DNA of 64,000 bases, taken from positions 1 to 64,000 of IMG/VR virus record IMGVR_UViG_3300047160_018755, one strand, 5' to 3'. The stretch's first letter is position 1, and each line of letters starts with the position of its first letter. The position numbers were made by a program, and so were the translations under genes. The notes under the pieces are model-generated. The model did not search any database. It was not told where the DNA came from and saw only the letters and a program-made list of their open reading frames with translations. The DNA comes from a virus. Below, in pieces: positions 29,166 to 38,452 of this stretch.

Positions 29166-31727
29166 TTACGGCGCGACTTGTGCCGAAATCGGGATGATCT
29201 GACTGACGCCTCGAACCTCGACAGCGATGTTCAAATTCGCCACCGGGCCGTTGACGCTGATCTTCGCCGCCTTGATTCCGGTGAAGGTCGGGTCGCCTGC
29301 AAACATGCTCTCGGCCGCGCGCACGACCTGCGCCGCGCTCAAGTCCGCAAGACTCATGCCAGCTTCGATCGGCAGGCCGTAGTCGGGGTGACGGTTGAGC
29401 GTGCCCTGGACGACCGAGAGCGCGAGCCGGACCTTCTGGATGACGTTCGTCAGACCCACCGACCAACGGGAGTCACCATCCGGGGTGATCACGAGGTCAT
29501 TGGCGGGAGTCAGGAGAAGGTCGATGCCGCCCACGGCGATGAAGGAGTCGTACTCCTTGATGCCCGGGATACTGCGGGTGGTGAAGTCCTCGTCCTTCGG
29601 CTCCAGGTCGGAGGGGATGTAGACGACCATCTGGCTGTTGACGGTGTTCGGGAGGAACGCCTCCAGCTTCGCGTTGGCCAGCGTGATGTACTGGTCCATG
29701 TCCGCGGGGCCGTCGACCGTCACGAGGACCTGGTTCGGGGCCAGGATGTCGATCTTGGTGATGGTGCGCGGGCTGCGGACGTTCGTGTCCGAGCCGATCC
29801 ACACCGGCTGCCCCACGAAGAGGCTCTTGGCGCTTCCAACGAAGACGGTGTTGTTGGCTCCGTTGACCAACAGGGGCAGAATGAAGCCCTCCTCGTCGAC
29901 GTACGGCGCCTGGAGACCGTTGAGAGTCGCGATCTCCAACCAGCGATCCGGGTCTTTGAGGTAGGTGAACGCGAGTTGCTCCAGCGTTCCGCCGTAGGGG
30001 AACGGCACCGCGAACTTCGAGATCGGCTGCTTGAAGGCGATTCCGGAACGAGAAGCGAGTCCCGCGACGGTCGCGATGGCGTTGAGCTTGGCGCTCTCGT
30101 TGGTGGTGACCGCGAAGCGACGCATTTCGAGGACGAGCTGGTTCAGGTAGAAGAGCGTGTTGAAGTCGTCATCCGTCGGCGTGTCGATGATGGTCTTCGC
30201 CGGGGCCTGGAGCCCGTAGATGGCGTTGTACGTCGGGTGGCCGGCGCCGATGGCCGCGGCGTACGTGTCTGCCGTCGCCTGGATCCCGTCCGCCATGCGC
30301 TGGTAGTCGAGGCGGGTGAGCGCGTGCACCTTGCGGCGCTCCGCTGCGATGGCGTTCTGCAACTTCGGCGACAGGTTGAGGTCGCCGACCGGAACGTTCG
30401 AGAAGAAGTCGTAGTTGTCGCTCGGGCGAACGAACGCGGTGTTGGCCGGGTGGGTGTCGCGGAGTCCCTGCTCCCAGGCCTTCACCTTCTCATCGATGGT
30501 GGTTCCGGCGCTGTCCGCCTGCTCTGAGCCGAGCGACTTGATCGCGTCGTAGATGGCCTGCGCGTTTTCGGAGACATGCTTGCCGGCGCGCTTGACGTTC
30601 TGCAACCAGTCGTCGCCGTCCTTGCGCACCGACGTGATCTGGAGGACCGCGGTCTTCGTGTCCTGCGCGATGGAGTCCGAGAGGTCAGCGATGGTGAGCG
30701 GCAGCGACAGCGTGTCCTTGCAGAGCAGCGTGAGCTGACGGATGGGCTCGAAGATGGTGCGATTGACGTCGCCGCCGATGGCCATCAGCGTCTTCTTCGC
30801 GCCCTGGAGCACGAGGCGAGCCGACATGAGGGTGTTGAGCGTCTTCGAGAGAGCGCCGGGGCTGACGTCGATCGGCTTGTACGCCTTGACCTTGTCGGCC
30901 AGACCCTTTTCGAGCTTGACGCGCTTGAAGGCCTTGAAGGTGAGGTTGTAGTGGTACTCCAACGGCGAGCCAGCGCCCTTGTCGACGTTGAAGTGGAGCG
31001 GCGAAACGAGGTACACCGCCTCGTCCTTCCAGGTCGCGAGCGCGAGGCGGACGTTGCGGTTGCTCTTGAGCTTCTTCATCTCGACGTACGACTCGAAGAA
31101 GATCTGGAGCAGACGGAACTGGTACCAGCCCGTCAACGAACCTGAGGCGGTGGGGTCGTCGAAGTCGGTCTGCGGGATGGTGTTGTCGATGAACTGCGTG
31201 TTGCCGAAGAGGCCCGTGGCGGCGAGCGTCTGCTTGGCGGCCGTGATCGTTTGGCGCGCGGCCGTAACGGTGCCAGCGAAAATGGCATCGCGCCACTGAA
31301 ACGCCTTCGGGGAGAGCGCAGCGCCGCGGTTCGAGAAAACCCCCGTGGTGCCTGAGATGGTGATGATGCGGGTCGGAGCGCCGTTGTGCTCTTCGACGTG
31401 CCCGCCGAGCGTCACCGAGTTGTTGATGGCGAACGGCATCGAGATACTGAAGCTCTCGGGCGGCATCGGGAGCGTGTACTGAAAGGTGGCCTGCCCACCA
31501 GCGTTGATGCTCGGGACGCGCGGCTGGTAGCGCGTGTACTTGCCCTCGCCCGACTCCTCGACAACGAGGAGCTGGTACGGGAAGAGCTGGTTCCAGTTTC
31601 CGCCCGAGATCGAGTCGTTGCGGAACCAGGTCTTGTCCGTGACCTGAACCGGCGCCGGCAGGTTCGAGGTCGCCCAGTCGCTCGCGGCAAGCGCGGAGGC
31701 GATGGGGCCGGGATCGTTCACTGGCAT
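29166..31727 (-). CDS. baseplate fusion protein: tube-initiator-like + LysM + gp25-like
   Basis: N-term PMPPESFSISMP...ITISGTTG; LysM-like GGTLEQLAFTYLKDPDRWLEIATLNGL; C-term gp25-like IQKVRLALSVVQGTLNRHPDYG. Confidence 0.65.
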   Translation of the reverse strand: MPVNDPGPIASALAASDWATSNLPAPVQVTDKTWFRNDSISGGNWNQLFPYQLLVVEESGEGKYTRYQPRVPSINAGGQATFQYTLPMPPESFSISMPFAINNSVTLGGHVEEHNGAPTRIITISGTTGVFSNRGAALSPKAFQWRDAIFAGTVTAARQTITAAKQTLAATGLFGNTQFIDNTIPQTDFDDPTASGSLTGWYQFRLLQIFFESYVEMKKLKSNRNVRLALATWKDEAVYLVSPLHFNVDKGAGSPLEYHYNLTFKAFKRVKLEKGLADKVKAYKPIDVSPGALSKTLNTLMSARLVLQGAKKTLMAIGGDVNRTIFEPIRQLTLLCKDTLSLPLTIADLSDSIAQDTKTAVLQITSVRKDGDDWLQNVKRAGKHVSENAQAIYDAIKSLGSEQADSAGTTIDEKVKAWEQGLRDTHPANTAFVRPSDNYDFFSNVPVGDLNLSPKLQNAIAAERRKVHALTRLDYQRMADGIQATADTYAAAIGAGHPTYNAIYGLQAPAKTIIDTPTDDDFNTLFYLNQLVLEMRRFAVTTNESAKLNAIATVAGLASRSGIAFKQPISKFAVPFPYGGTLEQLAFTYLKDPDRWLEIATLNGLQAPYVDEEGFILPLLVNGANNTVFVGSAKSLFVGQPVWIGSDTNVRSPRTITKIDILAPNQVLVTVDGPADMDQYITLANAKLEAFLPNTVNSQMVVYIPSDLEPKDEDFTTRSIPGIKEYDSFIAVGGIDLLLTPANDLVITPDGDSRWSVGLTNVIQKVRLALSVVQGTLNRHPDYGLPIEAGMSLADLSAAQVVRAAESMFAGDPTFTGIKAAKISVNGPVANLNIAVEVRGVSQIIPISAQVAP

Positions 31728-31751
31728 AACCCCAAGATTGCCGCCAGATAC

Positions 31752-31789
31752 ACGAAAGCCCCGCGGCCGATCAAGGTCCCAGCGGGGCT
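31752..31789 (-). terminator. probable intrinsic terminator
   Basis: AGCCCCGC/GCGGGGCT stem followed by TTCGT on minus strand after gene 31812. Confidence 0.5.
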
Positions 31790-31811
31790 ACGTGTAAGCT
31801 AGGGGAAGTTC

Positions 31812-32372
31812 TTAGCTCTCGGCGAGGACGAGGAAGACGATGGTCTTCGCGGACAGGTCCGAGGCGCTGGACTGCTGGATCTGGTCGTTCACGGTGACCG
31901 TGGCCTCGAACGAAGCCGCGGCGCTGACGTGGTCGGTGACGTTGGCGGCCATGATGACCTTGTCACCGATCTTCGCTCCGGTCGCCGTGACGTGGCCGGT
32001 GCCGTTGTTGCCCTGGGTGCAGAACGAGTGGAACGAGGCCGCGGGGAGCTTCACGAGCGACGAGGCGCTCATGTCGACCGCGCCCGTCGCCGTGAGCGTC
32101 GTGACGGTCGTCGCGTGCAGCGTGCTGGCGCCCGAGACGTGCGCCGTGGCCGACTGCATGTCGCCCGAGGCGACGAAGTTGCCCGTGATGTTCTGCGAGC
32201 CGGTCATCTTCGCGCCGTTGACGGTGACAGTACCGTCCGCGTCGCTGACCTTGAAGACGACCTTCGAGCGCTTGCCGAACTTGCGGTCGAGGAACTCGAT
32301 CTGGAAGGGCTCGCCCTGGGAGACGATGTACTGCTTCCAGTTCTTCTGTGTGGTGAACGGAGAAGTCGCCAT
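31812..32372 (-). CDS. putative virion decoration protein (paralogue, long form)
   Basis: near-colinear paralogue of 32385-32786 with ~50-aa insertion; RBS AGGAGG. Confidence 0.6.
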   Translation of the reverse strand: MATSPFTTQKNWKQYIVSQGEPFQIEFLDRKFGKRSKVVFKVSDADGTVTVNGAKMTGSQNITGNFVASGDMQSATAHVSGASTLHATTVTTLTATGAVDMSASSLVKLPAASFHSFCTQGNNGTGHVTATGAKIGDKVIMAANVTDHVSAAASFEATVTVNDQIQQSSASDLSAKTIVFLVLAES

Positions 32373-32384
32373 GGGAGCCTCCTA

Positions 32385-32786
32385 TTAGCTCTGGGCCAGG
32401 ACGAGGACGACCAGGGTCGCGGCCGAGAGGTCGGTCGCCGACTGCTGGATCTGACCAGCCTTCGTGACCGTCGACTCGAACGACGTCAGGCGCGAGAGGT
32501 GGTTGGTGACGTCCGCCACCATGATCACCTTGTCGCCGGGCTTGACGCCCGCGGCCGTGATGTGGTTCGGGGTGACCGAGGAGTTGGTCCCGAGGACGCA
32601 GTACGAGTGGAACGACGCCGCCGGCAGCTTGGCCAGGGGCGAACCGCTCATGTCGACCGTGCCGTCCGCGTCGAGGACCTTGAAGACCGTCTTGGAACGG
32701 CCGCCGAACTTGCGGGTCAGGTACTCGATCTGGAAGGGCTCACCGAGCGAGACGATCCATTGCTTCCAGTTCTTCGAAAATGCCAT
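32385..32786 (-). CDS. putative virion decoration protein (paralogue, short form)
   Basis: KNWKQ.IVS.GEPFQIE.L.RKFG.RSK.VFKV.DADGTV shared with 31812-32372; RBS AAGGAG. Confidence 0.6.
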   Translation of the reverse strand: MAFSKNWKQWIVSLGEPFQIEYLTRKFGGRSKTVFKVLDADGTVDMSGSPLAKLPAASFHSYCVLGTNSSVTPNHITAAGVKPGDKVIMVADVTNHLSRLTSFESTVTKAGQIQQSATDLSAATLVVLVLAQS

Positions 32787-32868
32787 GTGAGACTCCTTAC
32801 AGTTGGGGCGTGGTCCCGGGAATCCGGGTTGCTACCCCCAAGATTCGGTCTCCACTGCAACAAAAGCC

Positions 32869-32897
32869 TGGACATCCGGGCTCAGATCGGCTACCTT
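32869..32897 (+). promoter_or_regulatory. sigma70-type promoter, leaderless, for integrase
   Basis: TGGACA-17-TACCTT-6-ATG(32904); no SD. Confidence 0.6.
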
Positions 32898-32903
32898 GGT
32901 GTC

Positions 32904-34025
32904 ATGCCAAGGAAGAAGCGCAAACGGCCTCACGGCACGGGCTCGATCCGTGTGCGGGACGGGCGCGCCCAGGTCCAGTGGACCGAGAACGGGCGTCGCC
33001 GGTCGAAGACCGTCGACTTGGCGGAGGTCCAAACCTTCCTCGCCCGCGCCAACGCCGGCTTGGAGTCACCCCAAGAAAAGAAGGCCTCGAACCGGCTCGA
33101 AGACCTGGCCCAGACCTGGCTTGACGGCCGCGCCGGCATGGCGTCCAACTACGACGAGCGCAACCGGTGGAAGAACCACCTCGCCCCGACCCTCGGCCAG
33201 CTGACCCCCGAAGAGGTCACGGTGCCGGTCATCAAGCGTCTCATCCTGGACCTGCGCGCCAAGGGCCTCTCAAAGGGCACCGTAGGCCTCCAGATCGCTC
33301 TGGTTTCGTCGTTCTTCTCCGACCTGGTGGAAGATGGGGTGGCCGCGGTCAACCCCGTCAAAATGCTTTCTAGGAAGTCTCGGCGCGAGCTGAAGTCGGA
33401 CACCGACTGGCGCCTGACGCCCTGGATCAAGGACCCGAACGACATCAAGCGCGTCCACGACGCCATCGCGGTCACCCATCCGCAGTTCGCCCTCGCCTAC
33501 ATCATCGGGGCCCTGGCCGGGCTCCGCACGGGCGAGGTTCGGGCGCTGTGCTGGGAGCACGTCGACCTGGGCGCGCGGCTCATCCACGTCCAGGAGAAGG
33601 TCGGCCGGCGCACGGGCGTGGCCGAGCCGCCCAAGGACAAGGAGTCCCGGTACGTCCCCATCACGGACAGCCTCTACTGGTACCTCCGCCACGCGATGCC
33701 GGTCGGCGGTGGCAGGGGTCTGGTCTGCGGCGATAGTATCTTGGGCAACTTCCTCGACGACCACCGGATGGGTGCGCTCATCTCTCGCGCGCTGGAGCGC
33801 CTGCACCTGCCGACGATGCGCTGGTACGAGGCGACACGCCACACCTTCGGCTCGCAGTGGGTCGTCAACGGCGGCACCCTGGAGACCCTGCGCGAGATGA
33901 TGGGCCACTCGTCGGTGACGGTGACCGAGCGCTACGCCCACCTGATCCCCGGCAACTACACGAGCGCGGACCGCGCCCGAGTGACAATTCCCGCGCAGGA
34001 TTCGACCCACGAGGTGCTGAATTGA
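32904..34025 (+). CDS. int: tyrosine recombinase/integrase
   Basis: arm-binding-type N-terminus (HGTGSIR), GLRTGE, YEATRHTF, MGHSSVTVTERYAH catalytic Tyr. Confidence 0.9.
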   Translation: MPRKKRKRPHGTGSIRVRDGRAQVQWTENGRRRSKTVDLAEVQTFLARANAGLESPQEKKASNRLEDLAQTWLDGRAGMASNYDERNRWKNHLAPTLGQLTPEEVTVPVIKRLILDLRAKGLSKGTVGLQIALVSSFFSDLVEDGVAAVNPVKMLSRKSRRELKSDTDWRLTPWIKDPNDIKRVHDAIAVTHPQFALAYIIGALAGLRTGEVRALCWEHVDLGARLIHVQEKVGRRTGVAEPPKDKESRYVPITDSLYWYLRHAMPVGGGRGLVCGDSILGNFLDDHRMGALISRALERLHLPTMRWYEATRHTFGSQWVVNGGTLETLREMMGHSSVTVTERYAHLIPGNYTSADRARVTIPAQDSTHEVLN

Positions 34026-34627
34026 CCGCAGAATGCACGAACATCGACCACAGCGACTACAAGGTCGCCACCAACCACTGGGGTCTGGAGCGCAAGGAGC
34101 GGGTCGAGTTCTGCCCGAAGTGCAAGCGCCCTGACTTCTACACCTGGTACCAGCGTCTGCTCTGGAGCAGCAAGGATCCGGCGTACTGGAAGCAGGTGTT
34201 CAAGGACGCGACCGAGCAGAAGGTGTTCTTCTTCAAGGCGGTCCCCAACGGGAAATTCGACCACCCGACCTACGTCTACGTGGACGCCGACACGGTCAAC
34301 GACCCCGCTTCAGTCCTCCGTCCGACGGTGCCGAAGCGGGCCCAGCGCGGCATCGTCGCCGACATCAAGCAGGAGCGCTACCGCCGACGGTTGCCGCAGA
34401 CGAAGGAGCACTACTACGGGCCCTACCAGGCCGGCATCAACGCCGCCATGGACGCGGCCTTCGAAGATCTGGAGTACGTCGACAACCGACGCTTCGCGGC
34501 AGCCGACAGTCGCAAGGACATGCGGCGCTACAACGCCCAAAAAGACCACGGCTGCTGCGGGTACTACGACGCAACGGTCACGGTCATGGGCCGACTTTTC
34601 TGGATCGGGTGCAACTACGGGCATTGA
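34022..34627 (+). CDS. hypothetical phage protein
   Basis: TTG start overlapping integrase stop, RBS GAGGTG; CPKC and C-terminal GCCG...NYGH. Confidence 0.65.
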   Translation: MTAECTNIDHSDYKVATNHWGLERKERVEFCPKCKRPDFYTWYQRLLWSSKDPAYWKQVFKDATEQKVFFFKAVPNGKFDHPTYVYVDADTVNDPASVLRPTVPKRAQRGIVADIKQERYRRRLPQTKEHYYGPYQAGINAAMDAAFEDLEYVDNRRFAAADSRKDMRRYNAQKDHGCCGYYDATVTVMGRLFWIGCNYGH

Positions 34628-34856
34628 TTCGATAGAAATGGGCCGATGCGAAAGTACCCCCGACTGATCGCTTGGGCCCTGGCAATTGCCTTCGGCTTAA
34701 TCTTTTCTAGGTGGGGTGCATTCAGCCAACGCTCGGCTCCATCTTCCTCGCCTGGGGATTCAACTTCTTCCAAGCGATCGTCCTCGTGCTATTCTGGGAG
34801 CTGCTGAAGTGGCTTTTTCGCTTGCTAAACGACGACGAGCTTGATACAAAGGAAGC

Positions 34857-35531
34857 ATGTCAAACAACATCGAGCCCACAAAAGAGCAGTTCGGAGCGTA
34901 CCGGGACGCGTTCCAGTACTTCAACAAGCGGCTCTTCCAGAACCGGCTCCCGGAGATCATCCTGAACTTCAGCCGGCGCGCGAAGGCCTACGGCTTCTTC
35001 GCCCCGGAGCGCTGGAACCGTGACGGCATCCTGACGCACGAGATCAGCCTCAACCCCTCGATGATGGAGCGGACGCCGCTGGAGCTGTACTCCACGCTGG
35101 TGCACGAGATGTGCCACCTGGAGCACCACGAGAACGGCGACCACCAGTCCAAGAAGGGCTACCACAACAAGGAGTGGGGTGGGATGATGAAGGCCGTGGG
35201 CCTCCACCCGAGCAACACCGGCCAGCCCGGCGGGTCCGAGACGGGCTTCCGCATGACCCACTACATTGTCGAGGACGGCCCCTTCGCCAAGGCCTTCGCC
35301 GAGATTCCAAAGGAGTTCCTCCTGCCGTGGGGCTGCGCGCCCGAGCAGAGCAAGACCGTCGCGGCGCCGAAGAAGCGCGCCAAGTACCACTGCGCGGCGT
35401 GCGACTACAACGTCTACAGCTCGAAGGACGGGCTCGTCATCAGCTGCGACACGTGCAAGCACCCGCTGATCGAGGGTGACCGCGCCAAGGAGTCCGAGAA
35501 GGAGCCCGAGGCTCCCAAGAAGGACGCTTAG
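34857..35531 (+). CDS. SprT-like zinc metalloprotease with C-terminal Zn ribbon
   Basis: TLVHEMCHL (HExxH), KGYHNKEW, CAAC/CDTC. Confidence 0.85.
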   Translation: MSNNIEPTKEQFGAYRDAFQYFNKRLFQNRLPEIILNFSRRAKAYGFFAPERWNRDGILTHEISLNPSMMERTPLELYSTLVHEMCHLEHHENGDHQSKKGYHNKEWGGMMKAVGLHPSNTGQPGGSETGFRMTHYIVEDGPFAKAFAEIPKEFLLPWGCAPEQSKTVAAPKKRAKYHCAACDYNVYSSKDGLVISCDTCKHPLIEGDRAKESEKEPEAPKKDA

Positions 35532-36493
35532 TCCTCGGCGATCGAGTCTTCCTCACGGCTGTGGAAGTACTCGTGGATGTCTTGGAGCAGCTGGGGCTTG
35601 TTCACCACCATGAGCAAGCCCTGTGAATCCTTCCTGAGATCCACGTCCGGGTCGAACTTGTTGGCGACCAAGATCTGCCAGCGCTCGCGGTAGAACCTCT
35701 TCGTCTTCGGGCCGTGGAAGTGGTGCATGATCGTGCCCGGGACGTAGCCGAGGTGCCCGTTGGTGACGCGCACCGCGTTCGTCTGCCACTCGAAGCAGCG
35801 GCGCTTGAACGAGTTCGTCATGCCCTGGTGGACCGACTTCTCGACCCGACCGATCGAAGCCCAGGCCATGTGGTGGTCGGCGCTGCCGAGGATGGGGAAG
35901 TCCATGAGACCGCGGGTGTTTTCCCAGAAGCTGCGCGTGCAGGCCCAGGCGAAGCCCGAGTGACCGTAGGGGTACGGCTCGGCCTTGTGCGACTGCTGGC
36001 GGATGCCCTTGGCGACGAGGCTCGCGAAGCTCCGGAACATCTGGTTCGAGTTGCCCCAGGTGCCGGTGTCAATGCACTCGGACCAGGGCTGCACGAGGTG
36101 GTGGTGCTGGAGCGCGTGCATCGTCTCCTGGGCCCAGTTGTCGTTCAGGAAGGTGATGTCGGCGTCGACCCAGGCCAGGTACTTCCAGTCGATCGGGAGG
36201 AGGCGCTCGACGAGGTTGAGGGCGTTCTCCTTGTGCCAGATCTCCTGGTTGGTGCGCAGCTGAAGGTGTAGCGGGTTGCTGGCCTGCGTGACCTCGAACT
36301 CGCGATCTCCGAACGCGATCTCGGCGACGTAGAGCTTGACGTTGGCGGTCCGGAGCATGCGCTCCTGGAACTCCCGGAACAGGCGGTAGCGGCTGTGGTA
36401 GCGCGCGCTGTTCGAGATCATCGTGATCACGTGCAGCGTGTTCCCCGACCGCAGAGCATGGTGCTGAATCTGATTGGCGATGTGTTCGCTCAT
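35528..36493 (-). CDS. glycosyltransferase-like protein (GT-A, DxD)
   Basis: ATG 36493; WHKENALN, AWVDADITF, GFAWA, LGSADHHMA, HHFHG motifs. Confidence 0.7.
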   Translation of the reverse strand: MSEHIANQIQHHALRSGNTLHVITMISNSARYHSRYRLFREFQERMLRTANVKLYVAEIAFGDREFEVTQASNPLHLQLRTNQEIWHKENALNLVERLLPIDWKYLAWVDADITFLNDNWAQETMHALQHHHLVQPWSECIDTGTWGNSNQMFRSFASLVAKGIRQQSHKAEPYPYGHSGFAWACTRSFWENTRGLMDFPILGSADHHMAWASIGRVEKSVHQGMTNSFKRRCFEWQTNAVRVTNGHLGYVPGTIMHHFHGPKTKRFYRERWQILVANKFDPDVDLRKDSQGLLMVVNKPQLLQDIHEYFHSREEDSIAED

Positions 36494-36539
36494 GGTGTTT
36501 TGAAGATTGGGTCCGCGAGGAGATTCGCTAGAGAATAAG

Positions 36540-36568
36540 TTGACGAATCGATCGCCGAAAGGTAGAGT
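36540..36568 (+). promoter_or_regulatory. sigma70-type promoter upstream of IMPDH/GMPR gene
   Basis: TTGACG-17-TAGAGT; in-frame GTG 7 nt downstream (36576). Confidence 0.6.
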
Positions 36569-36569
36569 C

Positions 36570-37592
36570 ATGAGCGTGAACATCCGCGACGGCCTAACGT
36601 ACGACGACGTGCTCCTGGAGCCGGTGTACTCGCGCGTTGCAACTCGCAGGGACGTCGACCTCAAGATGGGCTGGGCCCTCGACAACGGGATCGACCTGGG
36701 CTTCGAGCACCCGCTCGTCCCGGCGAACATGGACGACGTCGCCGGCATCGACCTCCTGCGCGCGCAGCTGGTGTCCGGCGGGCTTGCCATCATGCATCGG
36801 TTCCAGCCTGTAGGGCAGCAGGTGGAGGACTTCCAGCACCTCCAGAGCGAGGGCAAGAACCGCATCGCCGCTTCGATCGGCGTCGACTGGGACGACTTCC
36901 AGGACGCGAAGACCATGGTCGGCGCCGGCATCGGCATCATCTGCGTGGACGTCGCTCACGGGGACCACTATTTGGCGGAACGCCAAGTCGCCATGCTCAA
37001 GGACCTCCACGACGCCCCGATCGTCATCGCCGGCAACGTCGCCACGAAAGGCGGGGCGAAGCGATTGTTTCAGGCTGGTGCCGACATCGTGAAAGTTGGT
37101 GTCGGCCCGGGGAGCCTCTGCACGACCCGGATCGAGACCGGCTGCGGCGTGCCCCAGCTGACCGCCGTCATGGACGTGACCGAGATGCGGAACGAGTTCT
37201 TCCCGTTCCGCGGCGTCATCGCGGACGGAGGCATCAAGAACGCCGGAGACTGCGTCAAGGCGCTCTGCTTCGCCGACATGGTCATGATCGGCAACCTCTT
37301 CGCCGGCACGGACGAGGCGCCGGGCTTCGAGGGCGGCAACTACAAGTCCTACAACGGATCTTCCACCCACAAGACCAACCACGTGGAGGGGGTCCGGGCT
37401 CGCGTCAAGAAGCGCGGCCCGTTCGACGAGGTGCTGCGAAAGTTGCTGGAGGGCATCCGTTCGGGATGCTCGTACCAGGGGTCCGAGAACCTCCACGAGC
37501 TGAAGCAGAACCCGCAGCTGGTCCGCATCACCTCCGCGGGGCTCACGGAGTCGTACCCGCACGACGTCGAGATCGTCCGTGACGAAGGCTAA
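36570..37592 (+). CDS. IMP dehydrogenase / GMP reductase family protein (no CBS domains)
   Basis: [49 protein letters not shown]; true start 36570 or 36576. Confidence 0.9.
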   Translation: MSVNIRDGLTYDDVLLEPVYSRVATRRDVDLKMGWALDNGIDLGFEHPLVPANMDDVAGIDLLRAQLVSGGLAIMHRFQPVGQQVEDFQHLQSEGKNRIAASIGVDWDDFQDAKTMVGAGIGIICVDVAHGDHYLAERQVAMLKDLHDAPIVIAGNVATKGGAKRLFQAGADIVKVGVGPGSLCTTRIETGCGVPQLTAVMDVTEMRNEFFPFRGVIADGGIKNAGDCVKALCFADMVMIGNLFAGTDEAPGFEGGNYKSYNGSSTHKTNHVEGVRARVKKRGPFDEVLRKLLEGIRSGCSYQGSENLHELKQNPQLVRITSAGLTESYPHDVEIVRDEG

Positions 37593-37596
37593 ATTC

Positions 37597-37749
37597 ATGA
37601 AGCTCCTCGTCTTTTGGTTCCCCATGATCTGTGTGTTGACCATGGCCGCGGCGGGGCTCGTGTGCTTCTACCTCGGCATGCACCGCAAGGGAGTGTTCTG
37701 GATGTTGGACGCAGCAATCACGGCCTGGTCGGCCTTCGCGCTGTTCTGA
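37597..37749 (+). CDS. small two-helix membrane protein
   Basis: 50 aa, two hydrophobic stretches, TGATG-coupled to next gene. Confidence 0.55.
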   Translation: MKLLVFWFPMICVLTMAAAGLVCFYLGMHRKGVFWMLDAAITAWSAFALF

Positions 37750-38198
37750 TGCGTATCCAAAAAGACAAGTTCTCGTGCGGGGTGTTCGCGGTCCTCAACG
37801 CCGGGGACGCACTCGGCGTCCACCTGGCCGAGCGGACCGTGCGCAAGGACGCCGCCACGACCGAGGCGGACGGCACGAGCCAGCACGGGATCCTGAACGC
37901 ACTGGAGCGCGCCGGTCTCAAGGGGACCGAGTTCAAGATCACCGACAAGAAGGCGGCCTTCCTCCTACTCCTCGAAACGGTCAAGGCCGGAGCGCCCGTG
38001 ATCTTGTCGGTCGAGAACGACCGTCACTGGGTGGTGGCCTTCGCCGTCTCGGGCAAGAAGGTGGCGATCTTCGACTCGTGGCTCTCCCAGGAGAACCAGA
38101 AGGAGTGCGGGACCGACGTCTGGGACGCCCGCTCTCTCGCGAAGTGGTGGACGAAGACGGACGGCAACTACTACGGCATCGCGGTGGAGAAGGCATGA
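37749..38198 (+). CDS. peptidase C39-like cysteine protease
   Basis: QKDKFSCG (Q..C), DGTS, HWVV, IFDS. Confidence 0.75.
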   Translation: MRIQKDKFSCGVFAVLNAGDALGVHLAERTVRKDAATTEADGTSQHGILNALERAGLKGTEFKITDKKAAFLLLLETVKAGAPVILSVENDRHWVVAFAVSGKKVAIFDSWLSQENQKECGTDVWDARSLAKWWTKTDGNYYGIAVEKA

Positions 38199-38452
38199 GC
38201 GAGGACGAGCTGTACGAGGCGCTCATGAAGATCAAGGATCCCAAGGTGTGGGACATGATCCTGGAGGAGTCCAAGAAGGCTGGGTGCCACTTCATGTTCA
38301 AGATGTGGTGGTTCGATTGGGACTATCGTAGGCGTCACCCTGAGTCCAAAAAGGTGCACCTCCCGATCGCTCGCATCGAGCGGACAGTTGACATCAAGCG
38401 GGATCCGTGCGACTGTACGCCGGAAACGTGTTGCTGTCGGAGGACAAAATGA
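38195..38452 (+). CDS. hypothetical Cys-rich protein
   Basis: 85 aa, ATGA-coupled. Confidence 0.55.
   Translation: MSEDELYEALMKIKDPKVWDMILEESKKAGCHFMFKMWWFDWDYRRRHPESKKVHLPIARIERTVDIKRDPCDCTPETCCCRRTK

Noticed and set aside
2442-32786. Extracellular contractile injection system or tailocin rather than phage
   Set aside because: Flanked by integrase, tRNAs, helicase, HNH genes and dozens of small phage-type ORFs; absence of capsid genes is explained by the window limits
34638-34965. Frameshifted membrane gene (MRKYPRLIAWALAIAFGLIF... and GCIQPTLGSIFLAWGFNFF... in different frames)
   Set aside because: Cannot tell two short overlapping ORFs from an indel or decay; no slippery site recognised; left unannotated
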